Source: Macrostomum lignano (Eukaryota). Taken from it: DNA of 64,000 nt. Made by a program: the position numbers and the translations under genes. Below are positions 36,421-49,734 of this stretch, one piece after another (the stretch's first letter is position 1; each line of letters opens with the position of its first letter). The notes under the pieces are model-generated. The model did not search any database. It had not been told where the DNA came from and worked only from the letters and a program-made list of their open reading frames with translations. The stretch spans positions 232,181 through 296,180 of the forward strand of contig NIVC01001403.1 in NCBI GenBank assembly GCA_002269645.1, written 5' to 3'.

Positions 36421-36744
36421 GAGTATTGATTAGTAATCTAAACTCTTCAAGTGTGATCAAATGCATTGCCAAATGGATTAGTCGAATATTGAGAAGCTCA
36501 TTGCCCAACCCTTATTGCCCGCAGTTGCACCGCGTCCTACTCAAAGTCAAGTGTACGCTTCTTTCGTTTATTCTGTTGTCATCTGTGAGAATCCGTGAAC
36601 AGCAAACTGGATGAGTTGCACCTTTGCTTGACCATTGAGTTTAGACATTCGATCTGCTTGGTTAAATAAGCCTTTATATCTGCATCAAGGGCATTCGATT
36701 GCTTAATTGGGTAAATCACAGAACAGGTTTAAACAAACATCTTG

Positions 36745-37046
36745 ATGTCGGACCCGGTGTCGGCAGCCAGGTCTCAGGATGACGCTCAAGTGGCTTACAG
36801 ATACGAGCGCCATCAGCAGCAGGATCCATTGGACCCCGTAGATGCTTTTGTTGTTGACAAACGCTGGGGCGACTTTCAACAGCAGCAGCAGTACCGGCTA
36901 GCTGGAGACGATGATGCCGAGAATATTATTGGAAGGCTTGGTAGGCTGCAGTTTGGCTCTGGCGGCGGCCCCCAGAGCGCCTGGGAGCAGCAGAGTGAGC
37001 ACGCAATCTCCCAGCCAATCAACATGGGCGGCGGTAGCTCGCGTCT

Positions 37047-37077
<31 letters not shown>

Positions 37078-40000
37078 CATTCGTTAGATAATAACATCAC
37101 CACGGGTTCGATGCTGTCTCCTAGTAGCAAAGATCTTATTGCTGTCGGCTTGCGTATTGTGGATCAGGTGTTGGACAGCGGTTCGCCACCCGGTGGCACC
37201 GCCGCTGCCGCCTGCGCAGCTTCGTCTAGCAACAGCCTGCCAAAGAAGTCTTTAGATACGCCCGTTATCAGCCAGCACCATCAGATGGCCCAGCAGCCGC
37301 CGCCGCATCATCAGCAGCCTCCGCATTTCTCAATGATGCCGCATCATCAGCAGCAGGCTCCGCCAGTTGTGCATAGCAATGGTTACCAACAGCAGCAACA
37401 ACAGCATCAACAATATCCTCCTATGCCGCCGCCTCCGCACGTGTCCATGTTTGACTACAATGACCCTAACGCCGCCGCCGCTGCGGCCGCCTTCTTGCAG
37501 CAGCAACAGCAGCAGCTGATTGGCGGTGCTGGGGCTGGACCCGATGGTAACGCCTTCATGGCTGCTTACGGTATTGAGCAGCAACAGCAGCCGCACCAGC
37601 ATAGGCAACTGTTCGATTCATCAGCCTATGCAGGATTTTATCAACAGCAGCCGGCGCCGCTTGAGGTAGCGTCTTCTTCTTACGAGCAGCAGCAGGAAGA
37701 TGCGTACCAACAGCTCCAACAGATGGGGGGTTTTGAGCAGCTGCACTCCATGCAGCAGCAGCAGACCGCCAGGGTCCAGTCTCCCGCGCCGCATCTTCAG
37801 CACGGCTTTCAGCAGCCGCCACAGCTTTCTCACCACCAGCATCAGCAGCAGCAGCAGCATAGCAGCAGCTTGTTTGGCCCATTCGGAGCCCAAACTCCGC
37901 CTCTGACGCCGCCCCATCATCAGGACCCGGCTATCGCCGCCTTTTCCGGCCCGTTTGGCGCCGGTGGCCCCGCCGCGTCTGGCACCAGTAGCGGGATGAA
38001 CATGCTGCCGCCGGCCGCCCAGTTTTATGGATTCCAGTATCCGCCAACTATGCTGATGCAGCAGCAACAGCAGGCTCAGCAGAACCGTCAGTCCACGCCT
38101 TTCAAAGCTCCGACGCCGGACTTGGCGCTGTTCGGCGCCGCTTCGCCTCCACCGCACACGCCGCCAGCTATGGGGCCGGGCGCGCCTCCTTATCTTGCCA
38201 TGGCTCGCCTTGATCAGCAGCACCATCAGGCCGGATTCTTTGCCCCGCCGCCGCCTCAGCATCATCACCACCAGCTTCAGCAGCATGGCCAGCAGCAGGG
38301 ACATCATTTCCAACATCAGCAGCATCAGCAGCCAACGCATCATCATCATAATCATATGCGCGGTCTGAGCGCTGTAGGCGTTGGCAGCGAGTCGGTCGGC
38401 AGGTCCCGCCTGCTCGAAGACTTCAGGCAGAACCGCGTGCCCAGTCTCAGTCTGAAAGACCTGACTGGTCACGTGGTGGAGTTTGCTCAGGACCAGCACG
38501 GGTCCAGATTTATCCAGCAGAAATTAGAGACAGCCAATCCTCCGGATAAGACGCAGGTGTTTACTGAGCTGCTCCAATCTGCCAACGCTCTGATGACTGA
38601 CGTATTTGGCAATTATGTTATACAGAAATTCTTCGAATTCGGCACACCGGAGCAGAAGCAGATCCTGGCGCAGAGGGTTCGCGGCCAAGTGCTGTCTCTG
38701 GCGTTGCAGATGTACGGCTGCAGAGTGATTCAGAAAGCGCTGGAGACTCTGCCTACTGAGCAGCAAGTAGAGATTGTTAGCGAGCTTCAGGTGAGAAGCT
38801 GCATAATTTGTTTATTAACTATCTTTGTTTATTACTGCCGTCAGTCAGCTTAACTTACAACTCTTACAAAATTCCATCTTATAGGACAACGTGCTAAAGT
38901 GCGTCAAAGATCAGAATGGCAATCATGTCGTGCAAAAATGCATCGAGTGCGTTGATCCAGCGCATTTGAACTTCATTGTTGAAGCATTCAAAGGACAGGT
39001 TTGTGGAATTGGAACTTGTGCACCCTTGTCTCTGTGGTGTCACTCTTGTCTCTGCTGTCTCTGTGGTCTCATTCTTGTCTCTACTTTCTCTGTGGCCTCA
39101 CTCTTGTCTCTGCTGTCTCTGTGGTCTCACTCTTGTCACTCTTGTCTCTGCTGTCCCTGTGGTGTCACTCTGTCTCTGTGGTCTCACCCCTGTCTCTGTG
39201 GTGTCACTCTTGTCTCTGCTTTCTCTGTGGTGTCACTTTTGTCTCTGTGGTCTCACTCTTGTCACTCTTGTCTCTGTGGTCTCACTCTTGTCTCTGCTGT
39301 CTCTGTGGTCTCACTCTTGTCACTCTTGTCTCTGCTGTCCCTGTGGTGTCACTCTGTCTCTGTGGTCTCACCCCTGTCTCTGTGGTGTCACTCTTGTCTC
39401 TGCTGTCTCTGTGGTCTCATTCTTGTCTCTGCTTTCTCTGTGGCCTCACTCTTGTCTCTGCTGTCTCTGTGGTCTTACTCTTGTCACTCTTGTCTCTGCT
39501 GTCTCTGTGGTGTCACTTTTGTCTCTGTGGTCTCACTCTTGTCACTCTTGTCTCTGCTGTCTCTGTGGTGTCACTTTTGTCTCTGTGGTCTCACTCTTGT
39601 CACTCTTGTCTCTGTGGTCTCACTCTTGTCACTCTTGTCTCTGCTGTCTCTGTGGTGTCACTCTTGTCACTCTTGTCTCTGTGGTGTCACTCTTGTCACT
39701 CTTGTCTCTGTGGTCTCACTCTTGTCACTCTTGTCTCTGTGGTCTCACTCTTGTCTCTGCTGTCCCTGTGGTGTCACTCTGTCTCTGTGGTCTCACCCCT
39801 GTCTCTGTGGTGTCACTTTTGTCTCTGTGGTCTCACTCTTGTCACTCTTGTCTCTGCTGTCTCTGTGGTGTCACTCTTGTCTCTGTGGTCTCACTCTTGT
39901 CACTCTTGTCTCTGTGGTCTCACTCTTGTCACTCTTGTCTCTGCTGTCTCTGTGGTGTCACTTTTGTCTCTGTGGTCTCACTCTTGTCACTCTTGTCTCT

Positions 40001-42391
40001 GCTGTCTCTGTGGTGTCACTCTTGTCTCTGTGGTCTCACTCTTGTCACTCTTGTCTCTGTGGTCTCACTCTTGTCACTCTTGTCTCTGCTGTCTCTGTGG
40101 TGTCACTTTTGTCTCTGTGGTCTCACTCTTGTCACTCTTGTCTCTGCTGTCTCTGTGGTGTCACTCTTGTCTCTGTGGTCTCACTCTTGTCACTCTTGTC
40201 TCTGCTGTCTCTGTGGTGTCACTCTTGTCTCTGTGGTCTCACTCTTGTCACTCTTGTCTCTGTGGTCTCACTCTTGTCACTCTTGTCTCTGCTGTCTCTG
40301 TGGTGTCACTTTTGTCTCTGTGGTCTCACTCTTGTCACTCTTGTCTCTGTGGTCTCACTCTTGTCACTCTTGTCTCTGCTGTCTCTGTGGTGTCACTCTT
40401 GTCACTCTTGTCTCTGTGGTGTCACTCTTGTCACTCTTGTCTCTGTGGTCTCACTCTTGTCACTCTTGTCTCTGTGGTCTCACTCTTGTCTCTGCTGTCC
40501 CTGTTGTGTCACTCTGTCTCTGTGGTCTCACCCCTGTCTCTGTGGTGTCACTTTTGTCTCTGTGGTCTCACTCTTGTCACTCTTGTCTCTGCTGTCTCTG
40601 TGGTGTCACTCTTGTCTCTGTGGTCTCACTCTTGTCACTCTTGTCTCTGTGGTCTCACTCTTGTCACTCTTGTCTCTGCTGTCTCTGTGGTGTCACTTTT
40701 GTCTCTGTGGTCTCACTCTTGTCACTCTTGTCTCTGCTGTCTCTGTGGTGTCACTCTTGTCTCTGTGGTCTCACTCTTGTCACTCTTGTCTCTGCTGTCT
40801 CTGTGGTGTCACTCTTGTCTCTGTGGTCTCACTCTTGTCACTCTTGTCTCTGTGGTCTCACTCTTGTCACTCTTGTCTCTGTGGTCTCACTCTTGTCACT
40901 CTTGTCTCTGTGGTCTCACTCTTGTCTCTGCTGTCTGTGTGGCTTTACTATTGTCTCTGTGGTCTCCTTGGTAACCAGCCTGCCAACTTCCCCTCAGGTG
41001 GTCGCGCTCTCAACGCACCCCTATGGCTGCCGGGTGATCCAGCGCATTCTTGAGCACTGCACGCCTGCTCAGACTCAACCAGTGCTGGAGGAGCTGCACC
41101 AGAACACTGAACAGCTTGTCCAGGACCAGTATGGGAACTATGTTATTCAGGTATGGCAATGCCCTGTTAGGCCTGAGGCCTGAGCTCATTATGCATTCGG
41201 AATTTTTTCATTTTGTTTAATCATTGAGAGATTATAAAAACTAGATCTCAGGTTGAGAATTTGCAGCTTAATCTGTATCTGTGAGCTAAATTTCAAGGTG
41301 AGATCTGTCAGCGAAATCTCAGGGTGAGATCTGTGAGCTAAATCTCAAGGTGAGATCTGTGAGCTAAATCTCAAGGTGAGATCTGTCAGCGAAATCGCAG
41401 GGTGAGATCTGTGAGCGAAATCTCAGAGTGAGATCTATGAGCTAAATCTCAAGGTGAGATCTGTAAGCGAAATCTCAGGGTGAGATCTGTGAGCTAAATC
41501 TCAAGGTGAGATCTGTGAGCGAAATCTCAAGGTGAGATCTGTGAGCTAAATCTCAGGGTGAGATCTGTGAGCTAAATCTCAAGGTGAGATCTGTAAGCTA
41601 AATCTCAAGGTGAGATCTGTGAGCTAAATCTCAAGGTGAGATCTGTGAGCGAAATCTCAGGGTGAGATCTGTGAGCGAAATCTCAGGGTGAGATCTGTGA
41701 GCTAAATCTCAAGGTGAGATCTGTGAGCTAAATCTCAAGGTGAGATCTGTGAGCTAAATTTCAAGGTGAGATCTGTCAGCGAAATCTCAGGGGGAGATCT
41801 ATGGGGTAAATCTCAGAATCTCAGCAGTCTAATCTTTGGATAAACTAAGGCAGCAATAAACTTGAACTCCACCCCCAGCACGTCCTCGAGCACGGCAAGC
41901 CGGAGGACAAGAGCCGCATGGTGTCGGTGCTGCGGGGCAAGATTGTCACCCTGTCCACTCACAAATTCGCCAGCAATGTAGTGGAAAAGCTGGTCACCCA
42001 CGCCAGCAGGCAGGAGAGGCAGGCGCTGGTGTCCGAGATTCTGGATGATCCAGACCAGCAGACTCTGTACAACATGATGAAGGACCAGTTCGCCAATTAC
42101 GTCATCCAGCGCATTCTAGACGTGGCAGACACCAACCAGAGAAAAGTGCTGATGCACCGGATCCGGCCGCACATCACCGGGCTAAAGAAGTTCACCTACG
42201 GCAAGCATATTATCAGCAAGATGGAGAAGTACTTTATGAAGACCTGCGGCTCCGAGCTCGGCGGCGGCAGCGGCGAAGACAGCCCCGGCAGCAGTCGGGG
42301 AAGTCGGCAATCGTTGAATTCCGGCGCCCAGCTGACTGGCAGGAATGGCGGCGCGGTTGACAATGTTGATAGTAACGGAGCAACTGCTTGA
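36745..42391 (+). CDS. pum: Pumilio (PUF) RNA-binding protein; exons 36745-38790, 38885-38998, 40998-41150, 41879-42391 (941 aa)
   Basis: [10 protein letters not shown] start of the PUM-HD; eight repeats with canonical recognition motifs SRFIQ, NYVIQ, CRVIQ, NHVVQ, CRVIQ, NYVIQ, SNVVE, NYVIQ; long Q/H/P-rich N-terminus; three phase-0 GT-AG introns. Confidence 0.95.
39020..40960. repeat. Modular pyrimidine-rich minisatellite filling Pumilio intron 2 (9-11-bp modules GTCTCTGTG, GTCTCACTCTT, GTCACTCTT, GTCTCTGCT)
   Basis: Visible directly; higher-order block duplications. Confidence 0.95.
41250..41815. repeat. 26-bp minisatellite GGTGAGATCTGTGAGCTAAATCTCAA in Pumilio intron 3
   Basis: About 20 units visible. 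Confidence 0.93.
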
Positions 42392-43625
42392 TGAGACAAC
42401 TATTTATAATCCCAAGTTTCTACTCAGCATCCGGCTTCGAATCTTTGATTCTATCGATTTTCAAATTCTAAATATGGGATCATAATTCATAAATGAGGAT
42501 TTTAATCGAACCAGTTGGGATAAAAGCAGTAGATTCTATTGATTTTCAAATCCCTAATATGGGATCATAATTCATAAATGAGGTTTTTAAGAGATTTGTA
42601 TGCGTGAACAGCCTTATTTAATTGGTTAATTTCCTTTTCCTGTTTCAAGTCAGATCGGTCTGCTTGCTGATTGAAATTATGTTATTCTAATAATTATGGT
42701 TTTGTTTCCCGAAATAAATCCTATTGTACAACTTGCACTGAACCTTCTATGTACTTTTTTCCTCCTTAGTGGCTTGCACTTTTCCGTTTTATAATTTGTG
42801 AAAAATTTATTATTGTTTATCAATGCCGCTTATAGTAAAAAGCACTGTTATATTATTTATTTAATTATTTAATCTCTTATTATTTGTTATTCGCTGTATC
42901 GCTTCCAAGTTTTTGCAGCGACCGCTGTTTGCTTTTTTGTTTAATTCAACTTCTTTTTTTGCGCTGTTCGGTCAGTTTTTCCTTTCAGGCGCAACTTATG
43001 CTACTTATTTAGTAGAAATGTTCGGATATTGCAGGATAAGTTTATTCGTTACTTTTAAATTATCGATTTATATTTTCTGCCTTAAGCTAATGGTAAGTTT
43101 TTCTAATGTGCTGCAACTTATTGATTGACTTTCTCAGAAGCACCCGATGCCCCTTGCATCTGTGTAACCCTCTCCTTAGTGAGCATCCTGTAAGTAACTC
43201 GATGGCATTCGTGTGGATTTTAAACATAATGAATCAGCAGTGCATACAGTAGTTGTACAGTACTGTGTTATGTGGCTATTGGCTGGTTTTGTCTGTGTAA
43301 AACAGTTTGTAAATTTTATTGCAAAAGTGTACAGTGTACTTATATAGCCTTAGTATGGAAACTATTAGCTGAAAGTGAAATCTTATAGTGCTTGAAGATT
43401 TGTTATCTTATGCCGATTTTTTTCTTTTGGTGACTGGCTGGATAAATTTATATAAATTGCGCTTTAAAACTTGTTGATTTGTTCATTATAGCTGTTGTTT
43501 ATCTGGCATGTCTTAACTATCCCGCACTTTTATCCCCAAAACTGATTCTGCAACCTTTTTATGACGATTTTCCTTAGCAAACCCGCCTCAAATGATAGCT
43601 GCATTGTCCTGCCAGCGAGCTCAAG

Positions 43626-44140
43626 TACCCTCTATGAGTATGACACGTTATACCCTCTATGAGTATGACACGTTATACCCTCTATGAGTATGACACGTTA
43701 TACCCTCTATGAGTATGACACGTTATACCCTCTATGAGTATGACACGTTATACCCTCTATGAGTATGACACGTCATACCCTCTATGAGTATGAAACGTTA
43801 TACCCTCTATGAGTATGACAGGTTATACCCTCTATGAGTATGACCCGCCATACCCTCTATGAGTATGACACGTTATGCCCTCTATGAGTATGACACGTTA
43901 TACCCTCTATGAGTATGACACGTCATACCCTCTATGAGTATGACACGTTATACCCTCTATGAGTATGACCCCCATACCCTCTATGAGTATTACCCGCCAT
44001 GCCCTCTATGAGTATGACCCCCATACCCTCTATGAGTATGACCCCCATACCCTCTATGAGTATGACCCGCCATACCCTCTGAGTATGGCCCCTAAAACCT
44101 CAATGAGAATGGCCCGCCATACCCTCCATGAGTCTGGCCC
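43626..44140. repeat. 25-bp minisatellite TACCCTCTATGAGTATGACACGTTA, degenerating rightwards
   Basis: Visible directly. Confidence 0.93.
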
Positions 44141-44721
44141 TGCATCCTCCATCAGAAAAAAGTGAGCACTGAGCCTCGCCCGGTCCCAAAGTAGCTATGC
44201 ATTCGTGTATTTATCTAACTTGTCTCTTTATTTAAACTTACCCCGATATGACGCATTTTTTGACTGCGTCTAACACTATAGAAATGTTTGTTTGAATGCG
44301 CATCTGTCGGCATGCTACTGCTCTGATCAGCATATCTGATGATTTTCTTGGCTTTTTTCAGAATTATCTTATCGACAATTTCAATTATGAATTATGATTA
44401 TTATATATTGATGGTCTCTTGCTCCACGCGATATTGTTTCCCATTGCGGCTTTATACCTTTATATTTATCCTTCGCTTATAAAATTAAAGTACATGCAAC
44501 CCCTACTCTGATTGTAGTCCCTGTCCTGTGCGCTACCTGTCTAATCTGTCTATTCAGTTCTACTATAATAAATATATTATGCCACTAACATTAATTTTAT
44601 GCACTAACAGGCTCATCGTTGATTTATGCGAACCAACCAAGAGCTGACAACTAACTGATGTGCTGTTTTTGCCTTCTCAAAGTAACCTTTGTAGCAGCGT
44701 GGATTACCAGAGTTCAGTGAG

Positions 44722-45300
44722 TGATCCCGATTCTGATACTGAATGATCCCGATTCTCTGATACTGAATGATCCCGATTCTCTGATACTGAATGATCCCGA
44801 TTCTCTGAAACTGAATGATCCCGATTCTCTGATACTGAATGATCCCGATTCTCTGAAACTGAATGATCCCGATTCTCTGATACTGAATGATCCCGATTCT
44901 CTGAAACTGAATGATCCCGATTCTCTGATACTGAATGATCCCGATTCTCTGATACTGAATGATCCCGATTCTCTGATACTGAATGATCCCGATTCTCTGA
45001 TACTGAATGATCCCGATTCTCTGAAACTGAATGATCCCGATTCTCTGATACTGAATGATCCCGATTCTCTGATACTGAATGATCCCGATTCTCTGAAACT
45101 GAATGATCCCGATTCTCTGATACTGAATGATCCCGATTCTCTGATACTGAATGATCCCGATTATCTGTTCTCGGAAACTGAATGGTCCCGATTCTGAAAT
45201 TGAATGATCCCGATTATCTGTTCTCGGAAACTAAATGGTCCCGATTCTGATACTGAATGATCCTGATTCTGATACTGAATGATCCCGATTCCGATACTGA
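44722..45300. repeat. 24-bp minisatellite TGATCCCGATTCTCTGA(T/A)ACTGAA
   Basis: About 19 regular units plus degenerate terminal units. Confidence 0.93.
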
Positions 45301-46358
45301 ATGGTTTCAGTCAGATTCTCAAAAAGTAAGTCAAACAGCAGGATTTGTGTTAAACAAAAGTGTTGCTGATAAAGCATTACGCGCTTAAAAGCTCCATTGA
45401 TTGTCACGTGACACGCTGGCACATTAAAAATCGGATTGACTGCTTCTGTATTTCGATATTTAGAAGTTGTTCCGGTAGTACGATTGTAAGTGAAAAATCA
45501 TTTAATGGTGTTTGATTGTTTGCAAATTTAACAATGATGTGTGAACGGCTGTACTGCACTGTCTATTTGAACAAGTATTAAATACATTCTTTTGGGCGTC
45601 ATCAAAAACGCATGGACAATAAGTTTTGGTTTGTTGACAAAAAAGTACCGTACTGGTGAATGTGGGAAAGGGTTTTATGAATCCGATCGTTGAAATGTTT
45701 GATTAAAAGTGTAAATCATTCGGTTTTGTGAATAGCATTCAGACTGACGCATAAAGTAAGCCACTTTACTGAAGGAAATGGAGCATTTCCAATATCTATG
45801 CTAGGCCCGGGTATTTTATTATTCACACGGTTTTCATAAGACCCCTGAAGTCTATAATATACGCTCCTAACTGCTCATATTTAAGGCTGATATTTAACAC
45901 TGGTACTCGTAGTCCACAATAACAGTAATGACCTGCTGGACAATGTAACACAGGGAAAAATTACCGGTAAAAACTGACTGCAACAAATCGTGCAAATTTT
46001 GGGGCCAATTTTTGCTGCAAAATGCATTGACGAGATGGGGAATTCTCGGGTTTCTTTTTATAGTACTAAAAATTCCAATACTTGGACTTCCGTATTGCAA
46101 CATGGCGTTTTCGTTTTTTCAAGCTGTTTTTGTTTATGTTTATGATTTGTGTGATTCGAATAACACTGCATCAGTTTTCAATAACTACGAGCGTAACTGC
46201 GTTTCCAATTACTTGGGCTTCAAGCAGGTCTTTATCTATTGCAATCAAAATGACAGTTAAGTACAACTAAAGATAGCATCGGGAGTTCTCTCTCTCTCTC
46301 TCTCTCTCTGACTTGTTCAGCAGCAAAACAAGCGATATTCGATCATCTGCTATTTCTT

Positions 46359-46928
46359 TTAAAGTACATCACACTCTTTCTTAGCCTTGCCCGAGCCTCC
46401 GATCGCAACTCTGACCGCTTCGTCGAACACGTCCTTGAGTCCTACTCGAGTGAGCGCTGAGCACTCCAGATACGTCACAGCCTTGATCTCCTTGGCAACG
46501 AGTTTCGCTCGTTTTCGCGTCACTTCATTGGCCGTCGAGTCGCCGCTGCCGCGCAGGTCCAGCTTGGTGCCGACTAGAATGACTGGCGCCTGCGGAGCGT
46601 GGTGCCGCACCTCCGGGTTCCACTTGTCGATGACATTGTCCAAGCTGGTGGAGTTCACCAGCGAGAAGCAGACGAGAAACACGCTGGTGTAGGGGTAGCT
46701 GAGCGACCGCAGTCGGTCGTAGCCCTCCTGCCCGGCGGTGTCGCACAGCCTGAGGCGGAAGGACCTGCCGTCCACCACAACATTGGCGCTCCATTCGTCG
46801 AAAACGATGGGCAGGTACTCCTTAGGAAAGGTGTTTGTGGTGTAGGCCATCAGCAGGCAGGTTTTCCCGACCTCACCGTCACCGACAGCGACGCATTTCA
46901 CTTCGTCCGGCGTCTTCGGAGCGGCCAT
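46359..46928 (-). CDS. Rac/Rho-family small GTPase, copy 1 (189 aa, intronless)
   Basis: [24 protein letters not shown]-terminal CAAX (CDVL). Confidence 0.93.
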   Translation of the reverse strand: MAAPKTPDEVKCVAVGDGEVGKTCLLMAYTTNTFPKEYLPIVFDEWSANVVVDGRSFRLRLCDTAGQEGYDRLRSLSYPYTSVFLVCFSLVNSTSLDNVIDKWNPEVRHHAPQAPVILVGTKLDLRGSGDSTANEVTRKRAKLVAKEIKAVTYLECSALTRVGLKDVFDEAVRVAIGGSGKAKKECDVL

Positions 46929-47499
46929 GGAGGATTCGTCAGCTAAGCTAAGGACTGTGCTAGACTTACTGCTTCGTTGAGACGTCCTGGCGCCTTCCCT
47001 GTAGCATGGAGCGCCTTCTTATCAAGCTGAGATAAAATTTAGCAGGAGAGCTCAGCAGCTTGTAAAGAGGCAGCCGAATGCTTTCTATTATCCAAGCCGC
47101 AGCCAGCCGGTCCTCTCATTGGCTGGCCCGCAAGCAGAGTGTGAGCTTTGAACTGAGCTGAGCTCACAGTGTCTTGCCGTACAGCCGACAGTAACCCGGC
47201 TAATTTTGTCTGTGCCAGCGCGACAGGGACACAAAAGAACATAGCCACCAGAACTTTAACTACACTATATGCTGCTATTAGTAGAGTTTAAAGAGACTAC
47301 TAAAGACTACTAATTCTACTGACACACTTGAAGGATATTTGTTGCACAGACCTTGGCGACTGTATAGAGATAGACAAGCATCCCGCAGGATCCGTGACGA
47401 TCATTAAAACGGCTGCACACAGAAGGTAAAAGCCATAAATATCTACACTAAACAGTTTTTCAGACCCTAATATACATGGATGGATGCGGGATAGATAAT

Positions 47500-47682
47500 G
47501 GGGCCATAGGCCATAGACCACGGCGCTCTAATGATATGCCAGCGGCCCAGGCTCGATTCCAAGCGCAGTCATATTCATTTGGGGATGAATTGGAATCTCG
47601 GCTTGGGGTTTGCTCGTGCAAAATTATTAACACCCTTGAAGGCCAACCCCCAAGGCGCAGTAAAGTGTACTTGCCTAACGAT
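47500..47682 (+). mobile_element. SINE family A copy, 3'-truncated at the duplication junction
   Basis: GGCTCGATTCCAAG B-box and body match the 13.6-kb copy; ends at CTAACGAT. Confidence 0.7.
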
Positions 47683-48617
47683 CACCCGATTCTGATAGTT
47701 TCAGTCAAGTTCTCCAAAAGTAAGTCAAACAGCAGGATTTGTGTTGAACAAAAGTGTTGATGCGCTAAAGCAGCATTGATTGTCACGTGACACGCTGGCA
47801 CCTTAAAAATCGGATTGACTGCTTCTGTATTTCGATATTTAGAAGTTGGTCCGGTAGTACGAGTGTATATGAAAAATCATTTAATGGTGTTTGATTGTTT
47901 GCAAATTTAACAATGATGTGTGAACGGCTGTACTGCACTGTCTATTTGAACAAGTATTAAATACATTATTTAGGGCCTCATAAAAAACGCATGGACAATA
48001 AGTTTTGGTTTGTTGACAAAAAAGTAACATAAATCATTCGGTTTTGTGAATAGCATTTAGACTGACGGCATAAAGTAAGCCACTTTACGGATATCTCTGC
48101 TAGGGTACTTTATTCAAAGGGTTTTCATAAGACCCCTGAAGTCTATAATATACGTACCTTACCTACTTGCTTACGTTCACCTAATATTTCTAAGAAACGA
48201 AACGACTAAAGTCTTCCTGCAATTCGAACTGCTCATATTTAAGGCTGATATTTAACACTGGTACTCGTAGTCCACAATAACAGTAATGACCTGCTGGACA
48301 ATGTAACACGGAAGAATTACCAAATTTTGCTGCAAAATGCATCGACGAGATGGGAAGGACAATACTTGGACTTCGTATTACAACATGGCGTTTTTGTTTT
48401 TTTTCAAGCTATTTGTTTAAGATTTGTGTGATTAGAATAACACTGCACCAGTTGTCAATGACTAACTGCGTTTATAATTGTACTTGGACTTCGAGAGCAA
48501 GTCTTCATCTAATGCAATCAAAATTACAATATAGTACGACTAAAGATGGCATCGAGTTCTCTCTCTCTGACTTGTCCAGCAGCAAAACAAGCGATATTCG
48601 ATCATCTGCTACTTCTT

Positions 48618-49187
48618 TTAAAGTACATCGCACTCATTCTTAGCCTTGCCCGAGCCTCCGATCGCAACTCTGACCGCTTCGTCGAACACGTCCTTGAGTC
48701 CTACTCGAGTGAGCGCTGAGCACTCCAGATACGTCACAGCCTTGATCTCCTTGGCAACGAGTTTCGCTCGTTTTCGCGTCACTTCCTTGCCCATCGAGTC
48801 GCCGCTGTCGCGCAGGTCCAGCTTGGTGCCGACTAGAATGACGGGCGCCTGCGGAGCGTGGTGCCGCACCTCCGGGTTCCACTTGTCGATGACATTGTCC
48901 AAGCTGGTGGAGTTCACCAGCGAGAAGCAGACGAGAAACACGCTGGTGTAGGGGTAGCTGAGCGACCGCAGTCGGTCGTAGCCCTCCTGCCCGGCGGTGT
49001 CGCACAGCCTGAGGCGGAAGGACCTGCCGTCTACCACAACATTGGCGCTCCATTCGTCGAAAACGATGGGCAGGTACTCCTTAGGAAAGGTGTTTGTGGT
49101 GTAGGCCATCAGCAGGCAGGTTTTCCCGACCTCGCCGTCACCGACAGCGACGCATTTCACTTCGTCCGGCGTCTTCGGAGCGGCCAT
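48618..49187 (-). CDS. Rac/Rho-family small GTPase, copy 2 (189 aa; mosaic of copies 1 and 3)
   Basis: Same motifs; N-terminal half of the protein identical to copy 1, C-terminal half identical to copy 3. Confidence 0.93.
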   Translation of the reverse strand: MAAPKTPDEVKCVAVGDGEVGKTCLLMAYTTNTFPKEYLPIVFDEWSANVVVDGRSFRLRLCDTAGQEGYDRLRSLSYPYTSVFLVCFSLVNSTSLDNVIDKWNPEVRHHAPQAPVILVGTKLDLRDSGDSMGKEVTRKRAKLVAKEIKAVTYLECSALTRVGLKDVFDEAVRVAIGGSGKAKNECDVL

Positions 49188-49734
49188 GGAGGATTCGTCA
49201 GCTAAGCTAAGGACTGTGCTAGACTTACTGCTTCGTTGAGACGTCCTGGCGCCTTCCCTGTAGCATGGAGCGCCTTCTTATCAAGCTGAGATAAAATTTA
49301 GCAGGAGAGCTCAGCAGCTTGTAAAGAGGCAGCCGAATGCTTTCTATTATCCAAGCCGCAGCCAGCCGGTCCTCTCATTGGCTGGCCCGCAAGCAGAGTA
49401 TGAGCTTTGAACTGAGCTGAGCTCACAGTGTCTTGCCGTACAGCCGACAGTAACCTGGCTAATTTTGTCTGTGCCAGCGCGACAGGGACACAAAAGTACA
49501 TAGCCACCAGAACTTTAACTACACTATATGCTGATATTAGTAGAATTTAAAGAGACTACTAAAGACTACTAATTCTACTGACACACTTGAAGGATATTTG
49601 TTGCACGGACCTTGGCGACTGTATAGAGATAGACAAGCATCCCGCAGGATCCGTGACGATCATTAAAACGGCTGCACACAGAAGGTAAAAAGCCATAAAT
49701 ATCGACGCTAAACGGTTTTTCAGACCCTAATATA

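Noticed and set aside
38891-41183. 657-735-aa Cys/Leu/Ser/Val-rich ORFs
   Set aside because: Intronic minisatellite of Pumilio; the flanking exons join in phase without it.
42392-43620. Pumilio autoregulatory PREs (TGTAHATA) in its 3' region
   Set aside because: I found only near-matches such as TGTAAATT, and the 3'UTR end is unknown.
43626-45300. CRISPR-like arrays (24-25-bp repeats)
   Set aside because: Head-to-tail repeats with no unique spacers, no cas genes, eukaryotic context.
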